Notes under the pieces: model-generated | Database searches by the model: none | Told to the model about the DNA's origin: nothing | Seen by the model: only the letters and a program-made list of their open reading frames with translations | DNA from: Tubulanus polymorphus | Lineage: Eukaryota > Animalia > Nemertea | Direction of reading: 5' to 3' | Length of the DNA stretch: 64,000 nucleotides | Assembly (NCBI RefSeq): GCF_964204645.1 | Contig: NC_134033.1 | Location: 9,990,655-10,054,654 of the forward strand | Made by a program: the position numbers and the translations under genes | Part shown: piece by piece, positions 13,201 through 24,699 of the stretch | How the letters are laid out: each line of letters begins with the position of its first letter | Numbering within the stretch: position 1 is the first letter of the stretch

Positions 13201-13350
13201 TAGCTTTGCAGGGCGCCAATCATATGGCTAAAGCTACAGCAGCTAATATCGGGCTAATAGGAGGACGTCCAAGTTTTGATTTATCAGTGGAAGAAGGAGG
13301 ATTTATGAATTTGTCATTAAAGAAATTATGGAATGTGGGGTATGTTGCCT
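10213..13350 (+). pseudogene. env-like class I (F-type) fusion glycoprotein, frameshifted and split by an insertion
   Basis: Hydrophobic leader MRMMYLLVVLARLYS; basic cleavage site followed by fusion peptide GGRRR/APFSFIGDISNILFGT; heptad-like region; Cys-rich region 11330-11670; TM segment VVYPLVGLSVIILGIL resumes at ~13119 after the insertion. Confidence 0.75.
11969..13108 (-). repeat. Dispersed repeat X, copy 1 (inverted relative to ~26780-27957); decayed LDLa/LRR receptor fragment
   Basis: Reverse complement aligns along its length with ~26780-27957; contains a degenerate LDLa-like NGGCIHDLEV..D...DE stretch and an embedded LINE-like 3' tail (aataaagtattgaattgaattg, ~12477-12498). Confidence 0.75.
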
Positions 13351-14429
13351 AATGATGTTGTGTAAATATGTTATACAAAATACTCCTGTCTAGTAGCTAT
13401 TGACCGACGTAGCAAATTTGCTACACACATTTTAGGGCTCAAAAATGAGGAGGAAGATGATTACATCCTCTGTTAACCGTTGTAGCAAAATAGTACATTT
13501 TACTTAGTTCATTCATATGACAACAGATGGCAGCACCTCACAGTGATTATTTCTGACAATGAGTGAAGTTTGCTCAATTCACATGGACAGCAATACCATT
13601 TTACCAGCAAATTCAAAATAAAAATTTAGAAGTCCCTTGCATAAAGATGTCATAATACATACCTATGTAATGTCTAATACTTGTACAACAACTAGGTATC
13701 TCAAATAAGTGCCCAAGTCAAACATTTAGTGATTGATGGGGGGGGGTCTCGTAGCAATTTTATTACATTGGTAAAAAGCCGAACCCATATGTCTATAAAA
13801 TATTTTTGCAGTTTATGAATGGTATCGGCATTCTTACTTAGAAATATTCCTATTAGTTCCAAATAGCATTCTAGTTTGTAAGAAATATCGAATTTAGGTT
13901 GAATTGAAAATGTTATAGTGCATTTTCAGACACTGGTAGGTGAGGGTCTCTTCTGAGCTTATGCTCCCCAGTGGGTAAGAGCCTCAATGAATTCAACGCC
14001 ACCTCTAAAAAGCACTATGCTGTCAAACGTCCATTGCCGACGATCCAATATGATAGTGTAGATATTTCTAGCCTCGGTGAAACAAAGTTACATAGCAATA
14101 AGTTGGCTAAATTGGGTCAGTCAGATCAGATGTCCAAATTTTTTTATAAATTTATGCTCTAGCAACAACTGAAACTAAATGGCACTATTGTAATTTTGCA
14201 TCTGAAAATTAAAATGAATTTGAAAGATATTTCCTCGAATTTTTACTTTATTGACCAATGTAGCAAATTTGCAACATTTCAGAAAACTAATTCAAATGGG
14301 CCAAAATTAATTTTTGTTGATAGGTATCGTTTTACTATAGCATATTGGTTGTATATGACAGACATTAGAATTTTCTACTTATCAGAATTGGTACCGGTTA
14401 ATAGAAGGTTTTAATTAAGCCTTCGTTGA

Positions 14430-14820
14430 CTCGAGACTACGTTAACTCCAGCCACGACGAACCAGAGGCGATAACCTCGAGCCATTTCTCAGCAAAACTA
14501 ATCCGAATCTGCTCCCGAAGTGTGTGCCGCCGTCGACTTCGGAAGATGATGGCAAAATGCGCGGGCTCATACCAATTAGTTCGGTAGCCGTTGGACGCGG
14601 GAGTATCAATCGACACTTGTCCAGCGATCTAAATGGAAGAAGACGCGTCGAGATCTGCAAATCGACGACGTGGTGCCACTAGCCGATGAAAACCTGACAG
14701 GTGGCCAGTGGCAGCTAGAACGCATTATCGATGTCTACCCCGGAACCGATGGACATGTCCACTCTGTAGAACTTAAAAAGGAAGAGTGGAACCTACAGAC
14801 GACCAACGAATCGACACCGG
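14430..14820 (+). mobile_element. BEL/Pao pol C-terminal (DUF5641-like) fragment
   Basis: DVVPLADENLTGGQWQLERIIDVYPGTDGHVHSVELK. Confidence 0.75.
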
Positions 14821-14926
14821 AATTATTTGCGACACTCCGACTACTCCGTACTTTTTACTTTGTATACAGTAGTAACATTTTTACAATTTTGTAACATTTT
14901 TAACAGATTGTAATCTTAATTAGTTT

Positions 14927-15697
14927 GGCCCTTCAAAGTTGATACCTTGTTTTTCATCCGAACTTCTTTTCTAGACGTAACGAGGGCGGGCGAATTTTTT
15001 GTTAATGAGCTTTTTTTAAATAAAAAAGTGGAAATAAACTCGTATTTTCATATTTCCAAGGAGACGAGGGCGGAAGGTTTTCTTTTTAAATCCTAAAATT
15101 AATCACTGTCTGATACTTATATGAGACGAGGGCGGCAGTTTTTCAGCGTCTCGATCCATAGAAGGTTAAGTGGACAGTTATTTAGTGTTCATTTTGCTCA
15201 TTTTCGTTATCTAAAACATCTAGACTACAAAAAAATCAAACAAATGCATCATAAAATGGCATGTAATCTCTAGGGTCACATACCCAATAATTTTGTGAAA
15301 GGCCGGGAATTTCATTTGTATTATCATACCTAAACTCGGAATAGACCATAAACACTATGCTAATTTTTCTCTCGATTGACTGGTTTATTAAGACACAAGA
15401 GCACAACTTATTGAAGGTCTCTTCTATTCGATTATTTTGACTTGCTCTAGTTCATCATCGAGAAATCAATATGTTTAAATAAGTGCATAACTAAAAAACA
15501 ACACTAAGTACTCGATGTGACATGCATAAAAAAGATTGCTGTACAACGCGTCATCGCGCGCGCGTGAGGTGTTTTTATTTTAAAAAGAAAGAGAAGACCG
15601 TATCTGACTTCACTATTCTTTTTTTATTTTGGATTTCGGGAATGACGCGGGAGGCTTCGCGATTTGATGAGAAACGAGGTATCAACTTTGAAGGGCC
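14927..15697. mobile_element. MITE / non-autonomous DNA transposon with ~21-bp TIRs
   Basis: ggcccttcaaagttgatacct at 14927 and aggtatcaactttgaagggcc ending at 15697; a second, inverted copy lies at 55085-59058. Confidence 0.85.
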
Positions 15698-15789
15698 TTT
15701 TCGGTCAATTTTGTATCAAGGCTGCAACAATTTTGTTAAAGTCTGTTCATCTCTGTAAGCCTGAATGTGCACGTCACTCCGAGAAAAAT

Positions 15790-16235
15790 ATAGTTTTCAT
15801 CTATTCTGATGGAAGTCTTGAAGTTAGTAATTTCATGACAAAGGAACAAGACTACGACTCGTAGTTAATTGTTCAGTGTCGCTGGAATTGTGGTGACGAT
15901 ATCTCGGGAAGGCCCTTTAACATTTCTCTTCACGCGTTTCGAATATCCTCAATTGGTTTTCTTAAACTCAGTTTAATCCCCAGAACTAATTTGTCTGTCG
16001 TGTTGAATTTTTCCATGTTTAATCGATTTCGACATAAAATTCAATACTAATCTATACTGTTGCTATGAAATCCATACGAAATAAACGAAGAAAACGACAA
16101 CCAATCAAATCAGTTTAAACAACCAACGTCGATATCAACAATAAAATCAACCCTTTATTTTTTAGAAATTTAGAACCAGAAAGACGGCGTAATTTTTTAC
16201 GTTCGGAAATACCGAACTTTGTTTCATTTAAAGAT
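15790..16235 (+). pseudogene. Internally deleted GRL101/LGR-like GPCR fragment (TM3-4 region and 3' end)
   Basis: gtcgctggaattgtggtgacgatatc matches ~51357-51385; atgaaatccatacg...aaaacgacaaccaatcaaat matches ~54403-54455. Confidence 0.55.
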
Positions 16236-19200
16236 TCATTTGTCATTTGACGTGCGGTGAAAAAATAAAAAGACGAATAACTAGGTTGACCAATAAAAAT
16301 CACTTGGAAGTTATCAATCAGCATCGCTTCTTCATCAGTCGCATTCTCGTATTCGTGTGAATTACGGCGGGCTAAAAAATAAACCACAACGAAAATCTAA
16401 CAATAAGTGGAAAAAGACGGCGGAGGAGGTAGCCAGTGATCGATTTCAGTGCATCAATTTTACCTTCAGAAATGAAGAAACGCCCGAGAGTTTGGCCGAA
16501 CTCAATAGCTCTGCTCGTGTGAGGAGTGTTAGCCTTCATATTCCAGTGGAAACTGAATTTCTCTGGATGCCACTGTACACTGTAGATTGGGTAATTACGA
16601 GCTTCAATTCGTCAGAAGAGAAGAAAATTCATCCATTAACCAATTGTCTTTCCTTTGTATAATGTTCCCATATACAAACGATAATCGTGTATTTTCCTTC
16701 CAGCTTTTAAATCGTGTTAAAATTCATGTCGTAATGCATGACGTCACGACGAAGGCCTACCTTCCATTGTGGATATATATTCAGTGCCCTCGTCATCCGT
16801 GTTCACAGAAACTACCTTGAAAAACTGTTGCATCACTGGGCTTGTGTTATATGTCTGAATAATGAACGAACGTAATGAACAACGGGTTAGGGGTTTTTTA
16901 GAAAATGAATTTGTTGGTCTGGAAAGTGTCAAAATTTTTAAATTAACTTACCTTCATAGAAACGCAATTGTGATGCATATGCGGCAAATTACTTTCCTCA
17001 AATAAAACCGGTAACAAATTTAGAGGTACATTTTTCTCTATAAAACTGTCGTCATAATCTGTATGAGATATTTGTATTGATGGAGTAACTATTAACAAAC
17101 ATCAGACTTACCGTAGCAAATAAAGAACAGCGCGTCATGGTATAATTAATGCATAGAACTAACAACTAACTTTTATTCCCTTTACACTAACGATGAATTA
17201 TTATACCTTTTCCTTTAAAGAATTTAGTTTGTTTAAACATCTCTTCGCATTTGTACGTGGCAATTTCACCGGCTGCATTACTCAATAAAAACTGTAAACC
17301 CAAACACGTGGCCCACACCGGCAAATATACGCCTTTATCATTCTCCTTAAACATATACAACAAATTAACAGTCAATTAACTAAAACATTTTTCATAATAA
17401 GCTACAGTGGGATAAGGAAATGATGCTATTGCATTCACTAGCAGTGACAAGCTGGTTCAAGCTCTGCCGGCTGCAGAAACATGATCCGAGCGACGTAAAT
17501 AAAAACAAATCAGACTGACAACAGCCTCGAATTGTGATGATGAAAATGTACCTGAATCGCTAAATCAAGTAAAACCTTTGCGTCTCGACCATACGTTGAG
17601 TGTAAATGATTAGAATGTCCCCCGGGAAGGTAGAATCTACAATCAATCAATGCAAGTATACAAACATTTATCACATATCTGAGAGAAATTTAAATGATTT
17701 TCCTCTTCCGTTTTCCCGAAATTTCAAATGTTAAACGATCGTTGATTTGTCCAAATCAGTAGTATTCTGTCGAATCGACTAATAGGAATACAGATCAATA
17801 AAGTTTTTACCCGTTTATTTGTTCAATCACGTGTTTGTAATACTGAATAGTTTGATTCCCCCTGAAAGTATAGTGATGAATATTATCGATTGATAATCAC
17901 GACGTTTTATTATATCGTGAATTGTGAATATACGCGACACTGACCAAATTGGAACAACTTTAGCCCCGAACATCTCTAACCATTTCACGTGTGCAGGGAA
18001 AATGATGAATTCACCGAATTGAGAATAAGGTCCGATAGCTACCTGCACGAGGACCCCTACAAATAATTATCCGAACTAAATTGTATTTCCAGCATCATAC
18101 GGATATAAGATAAACGGAAACCGGACGTGGTGCACCGTCACATAGTCACCGAACGCTTCCGAGTATATTCATTTCATAACCCGCGAAGGTAGTTACTTAC
18201 CGATGATTGGTTTGAAGTTTACTTCCGGTGGTTTATTAACTTTTTCTGGTTTGCACAAAAAATAAACGTCAAATTTATTTTAAAAGATAAATAATAAATA
18301 TAGCTGCAGAGCAGCGATATCGGGTTTTCTGGCATTATTTCAAATAATCAACGGTCGAATTGGAAGGCAACAGCATATGAAAATGCGTCTTTTGGAGATA
18401 TGCCAACAAATACCCTTAGCGCAGAGCAATCACTGGTCTTTTATAAGCGCAAAGAGAATGAGTTTAGTGTATACATGCTAACAAATACCCTAAGCGACGT
18501 AGATCATTTATTGCGGCTTTACTTGTAATTAAGAGTTCAATAAAGTTATATTGTATTGATAGAGACTGACAATTAGTCTAGGTATTTATTAGACTGAGGA
18601 GAGAGCGGTAACCAGTCTAGGTATATATTACCTATTATAAATATTAAATGATGGAAATAAAGATTATTGAAAAAGTTGAAAAGTAGTAATGAAAGAAGGA
18701 AGGTCGATGGAATAAATGTAATTAGATTAAGATTATTAATGAGAGTAGGAATACAAAGAAGTATTACGAGAGGAGATCCGGCATCGCTGGCGTAGTTGGT
18801 ACTCTGACGATTGAAAACTCTAGTTGGGATAATAAAGGATGAAAGAAGATATCAGGTGTAAGAAGACAGAATAATTATGACGTGATGTTAAATATCGTAA
18901 AAGATGATGACCACCAATTGGAAACGGAAGGAACTATATTCTTAGCGTACTGATATGAGTACCGAAGTGAAAGATCTATTTTAGAAGAGAGCGTGGCGCT
19001 GCAAAGTTGGGTGTTCTTGGAGCCACCCTTTTTTCATTGACTCAGAAAGGCGTCTCAAAAACGGTAACGCACTCGTACTCGCAAACAACAACCGTTTGTT
19101 ACGATACGCGGCGCATAGTCGGCGAAAATATTAAAGCGACTAAATTTAGTAGTAGGTTTTAACGACGCTTTGGGTTTGTATTGATGTTATTAATGAAATG

Positions 19201-20091
19201 TTATGATTGCATCAAATGAATTTCAACTTATAAAAACGGAGATTTTCCTTTTTAAAAAAATTAGTAAATACGGTTATGTCTATCCTCGAACCCGCGACCT
19301 TGCGCCTGACGAGACAACGCTATTCCAATGCGCCACGGATTCTAACCGACAGGAATGGTGATGGGATATTACATATACCAGCTCTGTATCAAAATCAGGC
19401 TGGGTTCAGTTATTAAACCGGATTTTAAGGTACGTCAAACATTTCAAAGGATTCTACCCAATGCTTTCAGAGCGCTTCATCTCCCTCAACGTTTATTAGA
19501 GCATGTATTATTTATTGATTAGTTGTCGGATCTGAGACGAGATACATTTTATGTTCGAAAAAAGTGGAATAATATTAATAATAATAATAATAATCCACAG
19601 AATTCCAAGAGGGTTTTCGACGAAAGTCCGAAAACCCTAATAATAAGAATATACTAAATTACTAATATTTACTGAATGATTATACCGAGCCAGAGCGGTC
19701 AGGATTCTAGGGGTTCGGGAGCTTCCAGGGGTCAGGAGTCTGAGAGGTTTAGTAGGTTACGAGGTCAGGTAGCAGTGTTTAACTAACCAGACTTCCTGAG
19801 GCTGTGATTGTGTATTTGAATGACCTGAGACGGATTGTGGTTTTGAATGATCTGGAACGGATTGTAATTCAAACACACTGCGTCACCGTTATTCCTGCTA
19901 TTCCCTTCTAGCTCATGCCAATGATGATTCAATGTTTCCGCCTCTGATTCACATGAACAACGTTGATAAATCCTGCCGTTTTCTACGTCTAACGATGGCA
20001 GTATTTGAAACTCGGAAAAGTGATGGACCGCAATCACCAGTAGAATAAAAGCAGCGCATAAACAACCCATTAACGATAATATGTCTCGCAC
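16115..20091 (-). CDS. GGH: Gamma-glutamyl hydrolase (peptidase C26), multi-exon
   Basis: GT-AG exons: 20091-19788, 18245-18201 (KPIIG), 18056-17945 (VKWLEMFGAKVVPI), 17861-17811 (QYYKHVIEQING), 17636-17552 (YLPGG), 17345-~17207 (VWATCLG, nucleophile Cys), ~17039-16953, ~16854-16761 (EYISTMEG), ~16602-16464 (VQWHPEK, His/Glu), ~16371-16115. Phases are consistent where checked. Candidate start exon ATG AAG|gt at 23734-23729. Confidence 0.85.
18297..19642 (-). mobile_element. Helentron-type non-autonomous element (HINE/DINE-like) in a GGH intron
   Basis: 5' hairpin agggttttcg...cgaaaaccct (19610-19638) followed by (TTA)n; 3' subterminal gaaaacccg plus short palindrome gctgctctgcagc (~18303-18330); T-rich flanks. 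Confidence 0.7.
19283..19340 (-). other. tRNA-derived (SINE-head-like) sequence
   Basis: Minus strand gtggcgcattgg (A box) ... ggttcgag (B box) at tRNA-like spacing; no acceptor stem. Confidence 0.45.
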
Positions 20092-20756
20092 CTAGAAAAA
20101 TAATACGATACAGATTAAAATTGCATATCTTCGAAAACTATGGATGTTGAAATCGATGGTTAGTAAAACTTTACAAAATAGTTAAACTCATCGTTAAGAT
20201 GAATATGCATTGTATCGCGCATAAGTACACTAGCAATGAAACGAATACCGACAAGCTTTAAAACATTGAACAATTAATTAACGACGTTTAAATGACTTCA
20301 ATTTTTTATTTTAAACAAAAAGAAAGAAATTTCCAAGGAATGACTTTGTACAATTTGGAGGTTTAACTAGAAATATATAAGCCTTATATTGCACTAAAGC
20401 CTTATATTGCACGTTATTCAACAATCGTGATTCCTTTAAAATGATCTTTAGTTAAAAATCGAAAATTTTGGTAAATCTTTCTTTTTTTCTCATTGTCGAT
20501 TTCACATAAGAACTCATTAAATAAACCGGCACTCAATTAATATCGCAGTTGAAATCAGTTTGGAAGTCCAAATCAAAAAATACTCGAATGACGGATAGAT
20601 TTGAATTCTACAGATTTTACTGTAATTTCATTTTGGCAGTGAAGTCCTGGCGATATATCCAAATAGATCTTAGGAAGAGAGTTCAAATATCCGAATAACC
20701 ATAGAAGCGATAACATTAAAAACCTCATTTTCTAATGAGTAAATACAGTTTATTAA

Positions 20757-20793
20757 CACGAACGTTTTCGGGATCATATCCCCTCATCAGGTG
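20757..20793 (-). ncRNA. Minimal type I hammerhead ribozyme in the Penelope 3' pLTR
   Basis: CAC-CUGAUGA-GGGGAUAUGAUCCC-GAA-AACGUU-C-GUG: full catalytic core, helix II, palindromic helix III, 3-bp helix I. Confidence 0.85.
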
Positions 20794-20906
20794 AAATACA
20801 AGTGAATCAAATGATTAAACTACAGGTTTATATACAACATAAGTTACAAAATTACAAGTGCTAAATTCTAAGCTAATTACAAACCAAGTATTTAATTACA
20901 AACTAA

Positions 20907-23370
20907 TTATTTGAATACATTTAGGATAAAGGATGAGCCTTTTTGAAATAATTGTTGATTTAAAGAGGGTCGTTGCGCTTTCATAAACAGGGCCTCCCTA
21001 ATTTTACAGTCGAGATCAGATGAACCTTTGTCTAGAATTTTGAGTTTGTTGTTACTGAATTCCTGATCACAAGTGTGACAAATTGCGAGATGTTGTCCAA
21101 TCGCAGAAGTCTTTGATCTGTGTTCCTTAATCCTGATGGCCAAATGTCGTTTAGTTTTCCCAATATAGGAAGTGTTTATTTCACATAAACAATTCAATTT
21201 ATATATGACTTTAGCCTTCAGCGATTTAGGGGTAGCACATTTCAAAGAGAAAAAATTCTTAATTTTGGTCGTAGTGAATGCACATTTCAAGTTGATTTCA
21301 AAATTCCTTTTAAATAGATATTTTAATTTTCGGGCAAATAGGATTGACGGGTTACCAATATACGGTAATGAAATGAATAGATCAATTCCATCTTCAACAG
21401 GTTTCGGTTGAGGTTCTGAGTTCTGTTTTGATTTCAAAAATCTATTAATACATTGATCGATGACATGAATAGGAAACGCATTAGATTTAAACAGATTTTT
21501 CAAGAAATTGATTTCTTCTGAAAAGATGGTCCAATCACTGCAAATATTGTAGGCACGAAAAAGCATGGTATTGATGAGTCCTATTTTCCATTTATACGGA
21601 CACATGGCGTTGAAGTTCAAAAGTAGGCCTGTGTTGGAAGCTTTCCTGTACACTCGAGATATAAAGTCACTACCGGTTTCTAACGGAATTTGTATTTCGG
21701 TATCGAGAAAAGGTAATAGATTAGGACCTAGTTCAAAAGTGAATTTAAGGTTAGAATGGAGGCGATTCAATTCTTCAAAAAATAGTCTATAACTGGATAC
21801 ATTTCGAAATATGCCGAAAATATCGTCCACGTATCTCAGGTATAATGTCGGTTTGTAATTAGTTTTGGAGAGGAGCAAGTTTTCAAAATGGGCAAGACAA
21901 AAGTTCGCTAAGGTTGGGCCTAAGGGGCTGCCCATGGTGACCCCATCAACTTGCTTGAAAATACGATCATTGTACATAAACAAACCCGAAGTTGCGATTT
22001 TAAGTAATTCTTTGAATGTAGCCTGATCATATGTAGGTTTAGAGTCGGAAGCATATATATAATCGGAAACTATATCAATGGTTTCTTTCAATGGAACATT
22101 AGTGAAAAGTGACTCTACATCAAAACTTATTAGAATATCAGAAGGTTTAAAAACGAATTGTTTCAGTTTTTTAAGGAACTCCCAAGTGCTATTTAACATG
22201 AATTTAGACGGTATATGTGGTTTAATGATTTTATCGAGATATTTGGCCAGGTTATATTCAGCAGTGTCGATCATTGATACAACGGGTCGAAATGGAAAGT
22301 TATCTTTATGCACTTTGCACAAACCATATAATTTACCAGGTTGGCTACCGCTTGGGTAGATAGAATCAAATATTTCTGAACTTACATACTGTTTCACATG
22401 TTTTCTCAGAAATCCGCAGATTTTGGTTTCATTAGATATAACAGGGTGATTCTTTCTCACATTTTTGATTTCAGTAAATTTACTTTTATCAAATACAATT
22501 TTATCTAATTTATCGAAATATTCGTTAGAGTCCAAAATAACAATGCCGTTGCCTTTGTCAAATGAGCAGATCTTAATGTCCTTGTTTTTTCGAAGTTTTT
22601 CAATCGTACGGTAGAAACGTCGGTTCCAGGTCGAGCCACATACTGATTTAGCGCTGTTGATAAATGAGATGGTCGCATGTCTAATACTTTCAAGGAAAGA
22701 GTTATTCACATTCGGTTCGCCGCCAGATATAGTCCTATTTTTGTGGTAAACAGTTTTTTTCAATACGTGATTTAAGGTCGATTTCGTTGATATTTTTCGG
22801 AAGAATGTGATGCTTTAAGCCGTAACGTAGTATCTCAGTTTCTTCTAGGGATAGTTGATAATTTGATCTATTGATTAAGCAATCCGGTGCTGGGTGACGC
22901 TGATCTTTCCACAAGTTTAAAAGCTTGCGTTCATGACGTTGCTGTGTTTCCGAAGTTAGTTTCCTGCCTTTCTGGTTAAGTCTAGTGAGCCAAATGATTG
23001 TTTGAATCCAGGTCAATTTCTCGCATAAATCGGATTTGATTTTCTTCAATTTACTGTTGGTTTTAGATAATTCGGTTTTAACATTTTCGATTTGATTCTT
23101 CAAGATTTCGAGTTTGAGATTATCATTACTTGCATACGCTCTCAGTTTCGGAGGTTTGAATAATAAAAACTTCGGGCAGATTCGTAATTCCATGCATCTT
23201 TGAAAGTAAGATAAATCCAAGCGTAGTTTAGTCCATTTGCGATACAGTTTTTCACAATTGCGGAAGTCTTTGACGTACACATCTCTCTGTTTCGCACAGT
23301 AGAAATAGATCTTAGGAAGAGAGTTCAAATATCCGAATAACCATAGAAGCGATAACATTAAAAACCTCAT
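20907..23370 (-). CDS. Penelope RT-GIY-YIG polyprotein (one frameshift in the T run at ~22753-22760)
   Basis: DKGNGIV, LYGLCKVHK, FDVESLFTNVP, GVTMGSPLGP, RYVDD; VIYKLNC...YIGKTKRHL..RIKEH; 211-aa and 618-aa ORFs overlap at a homopolymer. Confidence 0.92.
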
Positions 23371-23574
23371 TATACAACATAAGTTACAAAATTACAAGTG
23401 CTAAATCTGTCACATTTCTCTTCAAAACGGCTCATCCTTTATCCTAAATGTATTCAAATAATTAGTTTGTAATTTAATACTTGGTTTGTAATTAGCTTAG
23501 AATTTAGCACTTGTAATTTTGTAACTTATGTTGTATATAAACCTGTAGTTTAATCATTTGATTCACTTGTATTT

Positions 23575-23611
23575 CACCTGATGAGGGGATATGATCCCGA
23601 AAACGTTCGTG
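23575..23611 (+). ncRNA. Minimal type I hammerhead ribozyme in the inverted pLTR
   Basis: Identical to the 20757-20793 motif, on the opposite strand. Confidence 0.85.
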
Positions 23612-24699
23612 TTAATAAACTGTATTTACTCATTAGAAAATGAGGTTTTTAATGTTATCGCTTCTATGGTTATTCGGATATATCCAAAGTTTGGAGCATT
23701 AAGTTATTTCGAGTGAAAGAGAATTTACCTTCATCTCTGCATTAAATGGTTCGTGGTTTGATCAAGAGTACGAATGGATAGAATTGTGCAAATCTGCCGA
23801 TAAGATATTGAAATACACGTGTATCGTTTGCTTTTCTTTTTATATGTATAGTACCAGGGATACTGGATGATCTAAGCTACAGTTCACCCCAAACTTCAAA
23901 TACGAGCCCCTGTGCAGATTTTGTGGAAACCATCAAGAATTGCGGGCTGCATCGAGCAAACAGGAAATTCAAGATGGCCACCCCAAAAGCAGCCATATTT
24001 GATCACCAACGACATTTTTTTACAATAGGGGTGGACATCTCGCCAGACCCAATCTTCAAGCTAATTTTCAAAAACATCGCAAATTACAGGCGAATTCTGT
24101 GTCGAATTAAATGCAATTCCAGAGGGCCTAGCTTAGGCCTGTGCAATGAGTCAATTAAGATTCGATTTTTTGAAAAAACAGCACAGATGCCTTTTCCAAT
24201 CACAAAATTCAGAGCTTCTTAGTAGCTTCTTAAGTCCCTGTTTTCATCACGCACATGGTTAAAATTATTGTTTACATCGAACGTCGTCAACAGCTGATAC
24301 AACCGCACCCATGTCTGTAAACCATCAATTGATTCATGTAAAATGCACACTATGAAAAAACTATACGGTGAATCAATCCGGAATTTTTCTGTAGAATGCA
24401 CTACGTCATGAAGGTAAAAATCAATTTTTATTTAATTTTAAGATTTTTCAATCACCGAAAATAGACAAATTGATAATGTCCCGAGGTAGCTTCCGCATGC
24501 ACCTGGTACGGACGTAGAATAGTATTTTCTGAAACAAAAACTGATACTTAGAATTTCATATTTGTCTAGGAAACTAGATAAGCGAGTACAAATTTCTGAT
24601 CTGTCGGGTCTATGTAAACGTCATCTCATGGAGATGCTGGTCAGGAACTCGTCTTTACACAGGAAATCCACAGTCACTCAAATAATGCGATAGATAAAT

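Larger units (their letters stand above)
6752..13350 (+). mobile_element. Gypsy LTR retrotransposon B (gag-pol-env), decayed, no LTRs visible, interrupted at ~11969-13108
   Basis: gag FPLFLRDEARS*YQGL...FLDGLP, two CCHC knuckles (~7345-7460), RT (SSLDLMSGYFQI, YLDDI ~7982), RNase H (DASNYAVG, VTDHKAL), integrase (MDMVGP, ILTDNGTNF), chromodomain-like tail, then an env-like ORF. Protease and part of integrase are deleted. Confidence 0.9.
20661..23680 (-). mobile_element. Penelope-like retroelement, nearly intact, with a 3' pLTR and an inverted 5' pLTR
   Basis: RT + GIY-YIG ORF; repeat 20661-20945 recurs partly at 23303-23406 (direct) and at 23421-23681 (inverted); flanked by gatatatccaaa at 20652-20663 and 23677-23688. 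Confidence 0.95.

Noticed and set aside
13470-14402. Possible piggyBac-like element bounded by TTAA-CC...GG-TTAA
   Set aside because: The inverted match extends only a few bases; not supportable.
17735-17790. Possible duplicate GGH exon (STEYY*FGQIN)
   Set aside because: Contains a stop and lacks a donor; the true exon is 17861-17811 and the similarity may be chance.
19283-19340. Functional tRNA gene
   Set aside because: A and B boxes are present, but there is no acceptor stem or full cloverleaf and it lies inside a repeat.
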